Source: a bacterium (GTDB taxonomy: Bacteria; SAR324; XYD2-FULL-50-16). From it: DNA of 64,000 nucleotides. Within the stretch, counting starts at the first letter, position 1. Every line of letters begins with the position of its first letter. The stretch is from assembly GCA_029940215.1 (NCBI GenBank), contig JAOZRE010000002.1, forward strand, positions 1,433-65,432. The letters are read 5' to 3'. Positions 38,753-48,592 of the stretch are shown in pieces. Position numbers and translations under genes: made by a program. The notes under the pieces are model-generated. The model saw only the letters and a program-made list of their open reading frames with translations, did not search any database and was not told where the DNA came from.

Positions 38753-39934
38753 CTACACTTTCTCGATCAATACAGCATTGGCATTACCGAAACCACCGCA
38801 CAGTGTGGCAATTCCATATTTTTCGTCCGGATAGTCAGTCTTCATACGGTTGAGCAGTGTCACGATAATACGAGCACCTGACTGGCCAAGTGGGTGACCA
38901 AGTGCCATTGCACCGCCCCAGGTGTTAACTTTCTTAAAGGGGACATTCTTACTGTCCTCCAGTTTCAATTCGCGAATCACAGCCAGTGACTGAGAAGCAA
39001 ACGCTTCGTTCAGTTCCACAGCACCGATATCAGCAGGTCCCAATCCGGTTTTCTTGAACAACTGCTGAACAGCAGGAATCGGTCCGACGCCCATGACTGA
39101 TGGGTCATTACCAGCCTGTGTTCCAAAGCTGTACTTGTATGTGTATGACAAACCCAGTTCATCCGCTTTTTCGCGGCTCATTATCAGAACGATCGCAGCA
39201 CCAGCTGTCAACGGAGATGAAGTCGCAGCAGAAACCACGCCGCCTTCCTTGAAAGGGGATTCCATCAGCATCATTCTTTCTTCATCGGGATTGTCACGGA
39301 TCCACTGATCGTTCTCAACCAGAAACTCCGTTCCATCTTCTTGCTTTCCCATTATCGGAATGATCTCACTCTTGAACTTTCCTGCGTCCCTGGCCGCTGC
39401 TGCCAGTCTGTTTGAATTGGCGGCAAACTTGACCATGTCCTCTTTTGAGACATTGTATTGCTCAGCAACCTTTTCTGCTGTATTTCCCATGGGAACTTCA
39501 GCAGGGTTGATGTAATCCCACAGGCGAGGCGTCATATCCATGTTCGCTCCCATGGGTACTTTTTCCATGTCTTCTGCACCACCAGCCAGCATAATGCTGT
39601 TTTCGCCGGAGATAATAGACCGGGCAGCATTCATGATTGCTGACATCCCGGAAGGACATTGATTGGTAACTGTCTGTGTCGGAACACTGATCGGCATACC
39701 GGAAGCAATCCAGGAGATCCTTCCCAGATCATTCTGCATTCCTGAAACGTTGGCTGTTCCAATAAATACGCCTTCAACATCCTCAGGCTTGACCTTTGGA
39801 TTCCTTTCAAAAATTGCTTTGTAAACCGCTGTCAGTGTTTCGTCCGGTCTTACATCCTTGAACCAGCCTTTTTCAGCATGGGCCCTTGCGTTCGGCGTCC
39901 TGACACCATCAATAAATACACACTCTTTTGCCAT
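38753..39934 (-). CDS. Acetyl-CoA C-acyltransferase (thiolase).
   Basis: Start at MAKECVFIDGVRTP with a GGAGAT RBS; the ORF is open to 40051. Thiolase motifs (...NQCPSGMSAI...) and C-terminal ...CGGFGNANAVLIE. Confidence 0.9.
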   Translation of the reverse strand: MAKECVFIDGVRTPNARAHAEKGWFKDVRPDETLTAVYKAIFERNPKVKPEDVEGVFIGTANVSGMQNDLGRISWIASGMPISVPTQTVTNQCPSGMSAIMNAARSIISGENSIMLAGGAEDMEKVPMGANMDMTPRLWDYINPAEVPMGNTAEKVAEQYNVSKEDMVKFAANSNRLAAAARDAGKFKSEIIPIMGKQEDGTEFLVENDQWIRDNPDEERMMLMESPFKEGGVVSAATSSPLTAGAAIVLIMSREKADELGLSYTYKYSFGTQAGNDPSVMGVGPIPAVQQLFKKTGLGPADIGAVELNEAFASQSLAVIRELKLEDSKNVPFKKVNTWGGAMALGHPLGQSGARIIVTLLNRMKTDYPDEKYGIATLCGGFGNANAVLIEKV

Positions 39935-40198
39935 CTCTATCTCCAATGAGTTGATTTGAAATTCTAAACCCGCGGCCGCTCTATACGACAACACATCACC
40001 CGTGTCGGGCCGTTGACCACCTGTCAGACCTGAATTGGCCCGAAATACCAAAGTTGTTACAAAAACCGGTTGTCATCAATCACCGGCAACACCCTCACGG
40101 GAACTGCCGGTTTTCTCAATCGATACATCCCTGTACCGCAACCTTCATGACGCGATATCCTTTCCATTTCTAAAATTTTGGCAAAGACCTATATTCCC

Positions 40199-40227
40199 TG
40201 TCAAGACAAATCGAGCGTTCGTTCGTT
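40199..40227. promoter_or_regulatory. Operator-like motif copy in the thiolase promoter region (TGTCAAGACAAATCGAGCGTTCGTTCG).
   Basis: Shares the TCAAGAyAAATCGArCGTTCG core with sites at 43114, 46359, 28683 and, inverted, 28776. Confidence 0.5.
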
Positions 40228-40378
40228 ATGGAGCAAACAGAATTTCAGCCCCTTAGACAATTCAATAGTTTAACCGGTTCTTGAGTCAGGAAGGAAACTG
40301 TTTGAACGGAATTGGCCGACCCGGCAAAATCCGTGGCCGGCCAACTGCCCCCGTCAGGGGGAGGAGTTGAATCGTGAA

Positions 40379-42043
40379 CTATGACTTGAGTTTTGCAGCT
40401 TCCTCTTCACGAAGAACCTTTCTCAGAATTTTACCCACAGCGGACTTGGGCAGTTCATCTCTGAATTCCACCATCTTGGGCACCTTATAAACCGCCAGTT
40501 TTTCCTTGCAGAAATCGATGATCTCCTGCTCAGTACAGGTTTCGCCCTGAGCCAGAACGACATAGGCCTTTACGGTTTCACCACGGTACTCGTGTGGAAT
40601 CCCGACAGAGATGGCGTCAGCCACCTTGGGATGCTGGTACAGCACCTCATCGATATCACGGGGATAGATATTATAACCACCTGCAATAATCATATCCTTC
40701 TTCCGGTCAACAATAAAGAAATAGCCATCTTCATCCATAATGGCGACATCACCAGTAGAGAGCCAACCATCTTTGAGCTCTGCAGCTGTTTTTTCCGGGG
40801 CATCCCAGTACTCTCTCATCACCACAGGCCCTTTCACGAGCAGTTCCCCCGGCTCACCGATCGGAACCTCTTTTTCTCCGGTTTCGATATCCACCAGCTT
40901 GGCATCCATCATGGGCAAGGGGATTCCGATAGAGCCTTGCTTTTTCAACCCCAGAATGGGATTTCCAATTCCAATAGAGGTTGTTTCACTCATTCCCCAG
41001 CCTTCGCCGTACTGAATACCCAGATTTTCCACTTTTTCGATCAGATCCATTGGAATGGGGCCACCCCCGTTGTTGAGCAGGTCAATCTTTTTCGCCAGGT
41101 CAATCTCAGCCGCCTTGGGATGGCTGACAACAGCATTGATCATGGTCGGGACCGCCGGGAAAAATGTGATGCGATCAATTCCGGCCAACAGGTCCATGAA
41201 GGGATCGATCTCAAACCGGGGCACGATGTACATGGTGGCACAGTTGAGCATGGCCCAGTTCAGACAGACAATATTGGCATAGACATGGAAAAACGGCAGC
41301 GCCACCAAAACAGTTCTTCTTTCCGGAGGAGTCAATTCAATGACTGCTGACCCCCAGAGTTTAATCATAAAAGTTGCTGAAACCATATTCCGCTGAGTTA
41401 GAAGCGCCCCTTTAGGAATACCGGTTGTTCCACCAGTAAACTGAACCATAGCCGGATCATCCTGGCCGATTTCTACCTTTGGCTTACTGTTGTTGGTGCT
41501 GCCGTCCAGAAGTTGTGAAAAGTGAAACCAGCCCTCCTCAAGTTGCAGACTTTCAGGCGTGCTGACTTCAGCACCATCCATAAAATCAAAGACCGATGTG
41601 GCGATAACCCGCTCAATCTTGGTCCGCTTGCAAACCTCTTTGATCACCGGTACGGTCATATCAAAGGTCAGCAATGTGGAAACACCTGTCTGCTCAATCA
41701 GTGGCACCAGTTCATCAGGAGTGTATAGTGGACTGAAATTAACGATAACAGCTCCGATTGACATGGCGGCATAGTACGCAATTGGGTACTGAGGGACATT
41801 GGGGAGGTGAATACCAAACCGGTCTCCCTGCTTGATACCCATTTCCAGAAAGGCATTGGCCATTCTGAGGGACATCTGCCGCAGATCAAAAAAGGATATC
41901 TCAGAACCATAATAGTTGATCGCTGCCTTATCCGGGTATGCGTTGGCAGAGATACCCAGCATATCAAACACGGTAATACGGGGAATTCGATAACTGGTTT
42001 CGACGTTGTAATCGTAATGCTGGTGCCACAATCGCTCTTCCAT
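40379..42043 (-). CDS. AMP-dependent synthetase / long-chain fatty-acid--CoA ligase.
   Basis: 554 aa with the AMP-binding signature (...TGGTTGIPKGALLTQRN...) and a C-terminal ...LPKSAVGKILRK. Confidence 0.9.
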   Translation of the reverse strand: MEERLWHQHYDYNVETSYRIPRITVFDMLGISANAYPDKAAINYYGSEISFFDLRQMSLRMANAFLEMGIKQGDRFGIHLPNVPQYPIAYYAAMSIGAVIVNFSPLYTPDELVPLIEQTGVSTLLTFDMTVPVIKEVCKRTKIERVIATSVFDFMDGAEVSTPESLQLEEGWFHFSQLLDGSTNNSKPKVEIGQDDPAMVQFTGGTTGIPKGALLTQRNMVSATFMIKLWGSAVIELTPPERRTVLVALPFFHVYANIVCLNWAMLNCATMYIVPRFEIDPFMDLLAGIDRITFFPAVPTMINAVVSHPKAAEIDLAKKIDLLNNGGGPIPMDLIEKVENLGIQYGEGWGMSETTSIGIGNPILGLKKQGSIGIPLPMMDAKLVDIETGEKEVPIGEPGELLVKGPVVMREYWDAPEKTAAELKDGWLSTGDVAIMDEDGYFFIVDRKKDMIIAGGYNIYPRDIDEVLYQHPKVADAISVGIPHEYRGETVKAYVVLAQGETCTEQEIIDFCKEKLAVYKVPKMVEFRDELPKSAVGKILRKVLREEEAAKLKS

Positions 42044-42188
42044 TTCTTCTCCTGACTATTGATTGTTCATGTTTCAGTCCCCCAATTAACAGGAGGATCA
42101 CAGATCGCGCAAACAAGCGCTATTAATGCCTGAGGCATTTTAAGTTCAGTATTATTCCATCTGAACCATATCACGGGTCACTCTGCGT

Positions 42189-42896
42189 TCAAACAGTCTG
42201 CAGATAGTATGACTCGATCCATTCGATGATATTAGCCGCGTATTCCTCTACGGTTGTGCCCCGTTTTGCGTACTTTCCCCTCTTCAGATACCAGTCCTGA
42301 ATCATGGCCTTGATCACACTGGCTGCCAGTTGATGATCCCGATTCCGGACCAGGCCCTTTTTCTCACCTTCATTCAAGGCATCCACAATAGCCTTTTCCG
42401 TATTGAGTTCAGCCTGAATGTACTTCTCTCTCTCTCTTCTGGCCAGGTTTTTTGCCTCCATATAGGAGAAAAAAAACCAGGGCTGCAGCATTTCGCTGAT
42501 ATAGAGATGCGTCCGGATATAAACCCGCAGTTTATCAAGCGGATCCTTCACCTTGGCCACGCTCTCATTTAGCAAGATTCCAATCTGATAGTTTCCAACC
42601 CTTTCCAGGGTGTTCAGCAGCTCTTCCTTAGTGGCAAAATAGGAATAAAGAGCTCCCATGCTCAGACCGGACTCCATACTCAGATCCCGCATGGTCATGC
42701 CCTGAAAACCTTTGCGTGTGCATATTCGGAAGGTTGCTTCAAATATCTTCTCCAGATTCTTGATCGCGACCTTCTCCTTCTTGATGCGGGTACTTTTGCA
42801 ATCCTCGATGAAAGCCTGCCGGTAGAAATCCTCCTTCCGGAAGGATGTCTCTTTTAGATAGGATTGATAATCTGTTGATTTGTCGTCGTTGCTCAA
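42189..42896 (-). CDS. TetR-family transcriptional regulator (paralog 1).
   Basis: N-terminal HTH (...FEATFRICTRKGFQGMTMRDLSMESGLSMGALYSYF...). Diverges from etfB across the 40-bp palindrome. Confidence 0.85.
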   Translation of the reverse strand: MSNDDKSTDYQSYLKETSFRKEDFYRQAFIEDCKSTRIKKEKVAIKNLEKIFEATFRICTRKGFQGMTMRDLSMESGLSMGALYSYFATKEELLNTLERVGNYQIGILLNESVAKVKDPLDKLRVYIRTHLYISEMLQPWFFFSYMEAKNLARREREKYIQAELNTEKAIVDALNEGEKKGLVRNRDHQLAASVIKAMIQDWYLKRGKYAKRGTTVEEYAANIIEWIESYYLQTV

Positions 42897-43113
42897 TTTT
42901 TAACCCTGTTTACCCTTTACCCCCAAAAACAATACCGAAGTCAAGCCACTCGTTTCATTGGGAGTTCCAGTCATTTTTACTTATGGTTCACCACCCGAAA
43001 TCGCCTCCTCCCTGAAATTCCGGGATGAACTTCCCATCACCAAAATCCTGACTCTGTCGCCAGAAGTATGAGAAGCATTTCCAAAAATTGTTGTAACAGT
43101 GATCGAATTCTGA

Positions 43114-43153
43114 TGTCAAGATAAATCGAGCATATGCTCTATTTATCTTGACA
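43114..43153. promoter_or_regulatory. Near-perfect 40-bp palindromic operator between the TetR gene and etfBA.
   Basis: TGTCAAGATAAATCGAGCATATGCTCTATTTATCTTGACA. The reverse complement is identical except for one central mismatch pair. It sits between the divergent TetR (42896) and etfB (43263). Confidence 0.7.
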
Positions 43154-43262
43154 TGGCTACGCTTCGGGCGTAATTTTGACATAGAGCAAGTATAAAGCAG
43201 GCAATGGACCACAGATATTATTCTGTGGTCCGACAAGAGAATGACCCACAATTCATAAAATC

Positions 43263-44045
43263 ATGAAAATACTGGTATGTGTCAAGCAGGTTCCGGAATT
43301 CGATCCGGAAGCGGAAATCGCGATCTCCGAAAATGGACAGGACATTATTTATGATCATCTGACCGCATTTCGGATAAACCGGGTAGATGAGTACGCAGTG
43401 GAAGAGGCGCTGCTGATCAAAAAGCAGCACCCAGACGCCACAATTGATGCCCTGACTGTAGGTCCGGATGACTCTGCGACTGTTGTCAGACGGGCAATGG
43501 GCATGGGAGCAAACCATGGCATCCATATCAGGACGTCAGACAGCCGCAATAGACCCGCCCATCAGGTAGCACAGTGGATTGCACAGGTGGTGCAGGATAG
43601 TGGTTACGATCTGATTCTGACCGGCGTCATGTCCGAAGACCAGATGCAAGGGCAGGTTGGGCCGATCCTGGCCGAAACCCTCAAGCAACCCTGCGCAACA
43701 TCTGTCATTAGGCAGGAGATAATGCCGGAAACAGGTGTGGTAGCTGTCGAGCGGGAAATAGAAGGTGGATTCAGAGACATTCTTGAACTGAAACTGCCTG
43801 CAGTATTGACGGTTCAATCAGGAATGAATACTCCCCGCTACCCATCCTTGTCTAACGTCATGCGGGCAAAGCGCGCCAAACTGGATATCATCGAAGTAGA
43901 CTCCCTGACCCAGGTAACGGCGATCGCACAAGCCAGTCTGGACTATCCTGAAAAAACCCGGGCAGCCAAAGTTCTGGCGGGAACAGCAGAAGAGAAAGCT
44001 AAACAGCTGTTTCACATTCTCCAGGAAAAAGCCATTTTCCCCTAA
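43263..44045 (+). CDS. etfB: Electron transfer flavoprotein, beta subunit.
   Basis: MKILVCVKQVPEF...NRVDEYAVEEALLIK is a canonical EtfB N-terminus. 260 aa. Confidence 0.9.
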   Translation: MKILVCVKQVPEFDPEAEIAISENGQDIIYDHLTAFRINRVDEYAVEEALLIKKQHPDATIDALTVGPDDSATVVRRAMGMGANHGIHIRTSDSRNRPAHQVAQWIAQVVQDSGYDLILTGVMSEDQMQGQVGPILAETLKQPCATSVIRQEIMPETGVVAVEREIEGGFRDILELKLPAVLTVQSGMNTPRYPSLSNVMRAKRAKLDIIEVDSLTQVTAIAQASLDYPEKTRAAKVLAGTAEEKAKQLFHILQEKAIFP

Positions 44046-44064
44046 AGCCTATCACAAACTGACC

Positions 44065-45048
44065 ATGAAGAAAAAAACGGCTGTTATATTCGAATCATTC
44101 CAGGAAAATCTCCGGATCGCCTCCTGGGAAGCATTGACATGTGCCATTGAGTTCTCCGAAGACGGAGTTGACGAGATCACGCTGGTCCTGATGGACGACA
44201 AACCGAAAACAAAAGCAGGGGAATTGTCCCGGCAGAGCGGATACCCCGTCATCGCGATCGACATTGGAAACGGTGGCCTGTACAATTCAGAAAGAACACT
44301 TTCCATGCTTTCCGATCTGTTCAGGAATCAGGAGACAACCCATATCTGCCTGGCAGGAACCACACAGGGACTCGATTATGCCCCGGGGCTGGCCACCCGG
44401 TTATCTAAACAATGTATGACTGCAGTCGAAAGCGTGGTAACAGAGGAGCAGAACCTTTGCCTGGCACGTGCCATCTACGGCGGGAAAATTATGGAGAAAG
44501 TGCGGGTCGATGCATCCGGAGCCGTAATTGTCACCCAGCCGGGAACCTTCAAGCCCTTCTCCGAAGAGACCTCCGGAGCGGAAGTTGTTGAGTGCCTTAC
44601 CATTGACACACCAGCGGAATCCATCCACAATGTAAAGGTCAAGCAGGTGCAGAAAGAGAGCTCAGCTCTGGCAGAAGCGCCGGTTATTATCTCAGCAGGT
44701 CGGGGAATCAAGGAGGAAGAAAACCTGGAACTGGTTCAACGCCTGGCAGCAGTTTTTACAAAATCTGCCGTTGGTGGGTCAAGGCCTATATGCGACCTGG
44801 AATGGATGGAGTACAAGCAGCAGGTCGGAATCACCGGTGCGACCGTTACGCCGGATCTTTACCTGGCCTGCGGCATATCAGGCGCTGCCCAGCATATCTC
44901 CGGCATGAGAAACTCAGGATTCATCGTATCAATCAATATCGACCCCAAAGCCGCCATCTTCAATTATTCGGATGTCTGCATTGTGGAAGATCTGACCACT
45001 TTCATCCCAACCTTCATCGAAACCGTTGAGAAACTGAAGCCCGCCTGA
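44065..45048 (+). CDS. etfA: Electron transfer flavoprotein, alpha subunit.
   Basis: 327 aa. C-terminal FAD-binding region (...VIISAGRGI...ELAAVFTKSAVGGSRPICDLEWM...GISGAAQHISGM...). Confidence 0.9.
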   Translation: MKKKTAVIFESFQENLRIASWEALTCAIEFSEDGVDEITLVLMDDKPKTKAGELSRQSGYPVIAIDIGNGGLYNSERTLSMLSDLFRNQETTHICLAGTTQGLDYAPGLATRLSKQCMTAVESVVTEEQNLCLARAIYGGKIMEKVRVDASGAVIVTQPGTFKPFSEETSGAEVVECLTIDTPAESIHNVKVKQVQKESSALAEAPVIISAGRGIKEEENLELVQRLAAVFTKSAVGGSRPICDLEWMEYKQQVGITGATVTPDLYLACGISGAAQHISGMRNSGFIVSINIDPKAAIFNYSDVCIVEDLTTFIPTFIETVEKLKPA

Positions 45049-45096
45049 TTTCATCGGGCCGTTCGAATCATTGCCAAACAGCCAAAAAATAGCCTT

Positions 45097-45390
45097 TCAA
45101 TCGATATTGCCCAACTCGTCATATAGATCAATTTCAGGAGGTGCAGCCAGCAAAGAACCTAGTGCCCCGGACATTTCCTTGAAATGAGGTGTCGCTGAAT
45201 GAAAGTTGAGCGCATCCTGATCAGCATACTTCTCATAAAAAACAAATACAGTGGGATCTTTTTTTGATTGATGAAAATTGTACGTCAGAGTCCCTTCCTC
45301 TGTTTTAACCTGTGGCAAAATAGCCTTGACTACCTTCTCCAGTTCCGCTTCCTTCCCATCCTGAGCCTTTAGCTTGGCGATTACAATCAT
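45097..45390 (-). CDS. ABM-domain (antibiotic-biosynthesis-monooxygenase-like) protein.
   Basis: 97 aa. The MIVIAKLKAQDGKEAELE...EEGTLTYNFHQSK...FVFYEKYADQDALNFH pattern fits the ferredoxin-like ABM fold. Confidence 0.65.
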   Translation of the reverse strand: MIVIAKLKAQDGKEAELEKVVKAILPQVKTEEGTLTYNFHQSKKDPTVFVFYEKYADQDALNFHSATPHFKEMSGALGSLLAAPPEIDLYDELGNID

Positions 45391-45511
45391 GGTTCCTACC
45401 TCTGTTTAGAATGTTCACTCTCAGATTCAGAGACCACCCGACTCTCGTTCCAGATCGGACCCGATTCCGGCAGGTTGATCTCCATGGCGGTACAAATCAA
45501 CGCAGTTGATC

Positions 45512-46204
45512 TTACGGCTGTGGTTGCGCCAGGCAAAATCCCTCTACGACCCTCAGCAAATATTCCGCATATTCGTCGACCGAGACGTTCAGCTTGGCAT
45601 ATTTCCATCTTTTCAAGTACCAGTCGTTCAGCATTGCCTTGATCACAGCTGTTGTCAATTCATGGTTATGTGGTTTGAAAACCTGAAGTTTTTCACCCTG
45701 TTTGAGAATATCGGTGAAAATGCCATCACTGGTCATTTCATGCTCAACCGCGATCTTCTTTTCATCCTTGTTCAGGTTCTTCCCCTCCATATAGGTGAAA
45801 TAGAAGCGTGGCAGCATGGCTTCACTCATGAAAAGATGGGTCTTGATCACAATCTTCAGATTTTCCAGCGGACCAGCCTCTTCAGTAACTGACTGTTCCA
45901 GGATCTGCTGAAAACTGTCCCGGCCATTACGCTGCAGCATCACCAGCAGGTTTTCCTTACTCTTAAAATAAGCGTATAGCGCCCCCATACTCAACCCGGT
46001 CTCTTCACTCAGATCCCGCATACTCATGGCATGAAATCCCTTCTCATTACCAATCTTCAGTGTCGCTTCAAAAATCCTCTCCAGATTTTTAACAACCGTT
46101 TTCTCTTTCTTTACACGAATGTCTTTACGGTTTTCTGTGAACGCATCCTGTGAATTGCTCTTGGCATGCGAAACGACAATTTCCTTAAACTCTTCAAAAT
46201 TCAT
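45512..46204 (-). CDS. TetR-family transcriptional regulator (paralog 2).
   Basis: Close paralog of 42189-42896 (...FEATLKIGNEKGFHAMSMRDLSEETGLSMGALYAYF...). Confidence 0.85.
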   Translation of the reverse strand: MNFEEFKEIVVSHAKSNSQDAFTENRKDIRVKKEKTVVKNLERIFEATLKIGNEKGFHAMSMRDLSEETGLSMGALYAYFKSKENLLVMLQRNGRDSFQQILEQSVTEEAGPLENLKIVIKTHLFMSEAMLPRFYFTYMEGKNLNKDEKKIAVEHEMTSDGIFTDILKQGEKLQVFKPHNHELTTAVIKAMLNDWYLKRWKYAKLNVSVDEYAEYLLRVVEGFCLAQPQP

Positions 46205-46358
46205 GATCTATTATCAGAAAGTTTATAGCCCTGACCCGGCAGGCGCCACCCCTGCTACCATTCAACAGGCTGACCCCGGGGTTTCCTTGAGTTGGGTCCG
46301 GTATTTACCATTGCCAGACTCAATCACATAGTGATTAAATATTAAGATAAGAACAGGG

Positions 46359-46387
46359 TGTCAAGACTAAAATCGAACGTTCGCTCG
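46359..46387. promoter_or_regulatory. Operator-like motif copy upstream of the TetR paralog 2 / metallophosphoesterase–acyl-CoA dehydrogenase genes (TGTCAAGACTAAAATCGAACGTTCGCTCG).
   Basis: Shares the TCAAGAC-AAATCGAACGTTCG core. CGAACGTTCG is a perfect 10-bp palindrome. Confidence 0.5.
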
Positions 46388-46635
46388 TTAAAGAGGTTTC
46401 ACTTCGCTCTCGAACAGACCTTCCCGCGCCTGACTGAACCGATTTTTCCATTCAACAGTTGTCGGGAAAATAAGTTGAATATTTATTGCGATTCATCAAC
46501 ACCGATAGGAGTGAAGCGATCCATTCCATGTATTTCGTCGGCCTCTGATCAAAAGCCCTGTATTTTAATTTTAAGCCATTTACAGAGGAGCAGACCCTGC
46601 TCTCCCGTAGATAGCCGCAATATTTTCAGACAGCC

Positions 46636-47253
46636 ATGGGTTTCAAGATAGGTATCATTGCTGACAGTCACGGTGTAGCGAAAAAAATTGAGCAGTCCAT
46701 CTCATTTCTGACATCAGAGGGATGTCAGACCATTTTCCACCTGGGGGACATCTGCGATTCATTCTACCTGGCGGAAACAGCAGACTGTCTGAATCTGATG
46801 AAATGCAACCGGATTCAGGCGATCAAGGGTAATAATGATCATGTCATCACCTGTTACCACAGCACACACGAAAAGTTAAAGTTGTCCCGTGCTCAGCTTG
46901 CCTTTCTTAAACATCTCCCCCTGGTCCGTGAATATCAGAATGCTGTTTTTACCCACTCCCTGCCTTTCGAGCGCGAACTCGGGCTCTCCTGTATGATTCG
47001 TCCCCTTGATGAACTGCAGATCGATCTCTTCTTCAGGCGCTTTCCTGGCAAACTACTCTTTCGAGGGCATGGACACGACCCGGAAATAATTTCAAGGGCA
47101 TTATCTTCACTGGATCCTCAACCGTTACCAACTTCCGAAGCAATTGACCTCAGCCTGCACAATACCGCACTCATCACCTGCGGAGCGCTAACCGACAATT
47201 ACTGCGCAATCTGGCAGCCCGAAGACCGGAAGCTGTTCTCCCTGATCTTTTAA
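46636..47253 (+). CDS. Metallophosphoesterase (calcineurin-like).
   Basis: MGFKIGIIADSHG...HLGDICD...GNNDH motifs. Confidence 0.6.
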   Translation: MGFKIGIIADSHGVAKKIEQSISFLTSEGCQTIFHLGDICDSFYLAETADCLNLMKCNRIQAIKGNNDHVITCYHSTHEKLKLSRAQLAFLKHLPLVREYQNAVFTHSLPFERELGLSCMIRPLDELQIDLFFRRFPGKLLFRGHGHDPEIISRALSSLDPQPLPTSEAIDLSLHNTALITCGALTDNYCAIWQPEDRKLFSLIF

Positions 47254-47422
47254 TATCACGGATTCTTGACAGCCATAAGTAGATTTGACATGATTATTCC
47301 ATCATCTGTTGGAATCAAATACTTTGGATCTGGCTTATCGCGGGCAGATATTGGTATCAGGGTTAGCAGGGGCCATGATTTTTATGAATTAAAACAGTGA
47401 CACACTATTGAGGAGTTATCTT

Positions 47423-48580
47423 ATGTTCGAATTGACCAAATCACAAAAGGAAATTCAGAAAGCAGCCAGGGATTTTGCTAAAGGGGAGTTTGACAAGGAG
47501 ATCGCCTACGAGCTTGAGATTACCTGTGAGTTTCCCCGTAAGATTTGGAAGAAAGCTGCCGAATTGGGTTTTCTGGGCATTCACTATCCCGAGAATTGCT
47601 CAGGGGGTGGCATGGGGTTGCTGGAGAATGTACTGATCAACGAGGCGTTTTGTCGCAATGATTGCAGTTTGGGGAGTGCTTTGGCACTGTCGACCAGCGC
47701 ATCCGAATGTATTCTTCGGTTTGGCAGTGAGGAGATGAAAAACAGCTGGCTTCCGAGGCTGGCAGAGGGAGAGGTCCTGTCAGGCCGAGCCCTGACTGAA
47801 ACCCTGCGGGGAGAAGACTACCTGAACATCCAGACGAGCGCTGAAAAAAAGGGGGACAGCTGGGTGATTAATGGTCAAAAACGGTATGTTGACAACGGGG
47901 GTGATCCGGACACCGGTTTCTATGTTGTCCTCTGCCGCACTGCAACTGTTGAGGAATCACCTGAAGAGGGACTGAGCCTGTTTCTGGTAGAATCCACTCG
48001 TTCCGGCCTGTCCACTGAACCAGCGGGTCGAAAACTGGGCAACAATCTGACCGCTACCTCCAGCCTGACCCTGAAAGGAGTAGAAATTCCTGCTGAAAAC
48101 CTGATTGGCAAAGAGGGCAGGGGATTTACCCATCTACAGGACTACTTCAATGAAAGTCGCATCATCTCAGCTGCCCGCTCACTCGGTAACGCCGCAGGCT
48201 CTTATGATCGCATGATAGAGTATGTCAAGGGACGTATTCAGTTTGGTAAAAAAATAGCTGAATTCCAGGTAAGTCAGCACAAGATTGCAGACATGGCCAC
48301 TAAAATTGAACTTGCCCGGCTGATCACATACAAGGCTGCATGGGCAGCCGATCAGAAAAAAGCCGACGATTCTCTATCCTCGATGGCCAAGTTGACAGCC
48401 GGTAGAGCGGCCGTAGAAATTGGGTCACATACTATTCAGCTATTTGGTGGATACGGATTTATGACCGAGTACGAAGTGGAGCGTTTTTACCGCGATGCCA
48501 AAGTGATCGAACTGCAGGATGGGATCAAGGACGTTCAGAAGGATATCATCGCCAAAAACGCCATCGGCAAAATTAAATAG
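47423..48580 (+). CDS. Acyl-CoA dehydrogenase.
   Basis: Start at ATG 47423 after a GAGGAG RBS. Acyl-CoA dehydrogenase fold with the C-terminal ...QLFGGYGFMTEYEVERFYRDAKV.ELQDG. Confidence 0.9.
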   Translation: MFELTKSQKEIQKAARDFAKGEFDKEIAYELEITCEFPRKIWKKAAELGFLGIHYPENCSGGGMGLLENVLINEAFCRNDCSLGSALALSTSASECILRFGSEEMKNSWLPRLAEGEVLSGRALTETLRGEDYLNIQTSAEKKGDSWVINGQKRYVDNGGDPDTGFYVVLCRTATVEESPEEGLSLFLVESTRSGLSTEPAGRKLGNNLTATSSLTLKGVEIPAENLIGKEGRGFTHLQDYFNESRIISAARSLGNAAGSYDRMIEYVKGRIQFGKKIAEFQVSQHKIADMATKIELARLITYKAAWAADQKKADDSLSSMAKLTAGRAAVEIGSHTIQLFGGYGFMTEYEVERFYRDAKVIELQDGIKDVQKDIIAKNAIGKIK

Positions 48581-48592
48581 GGGGAAGATCAC

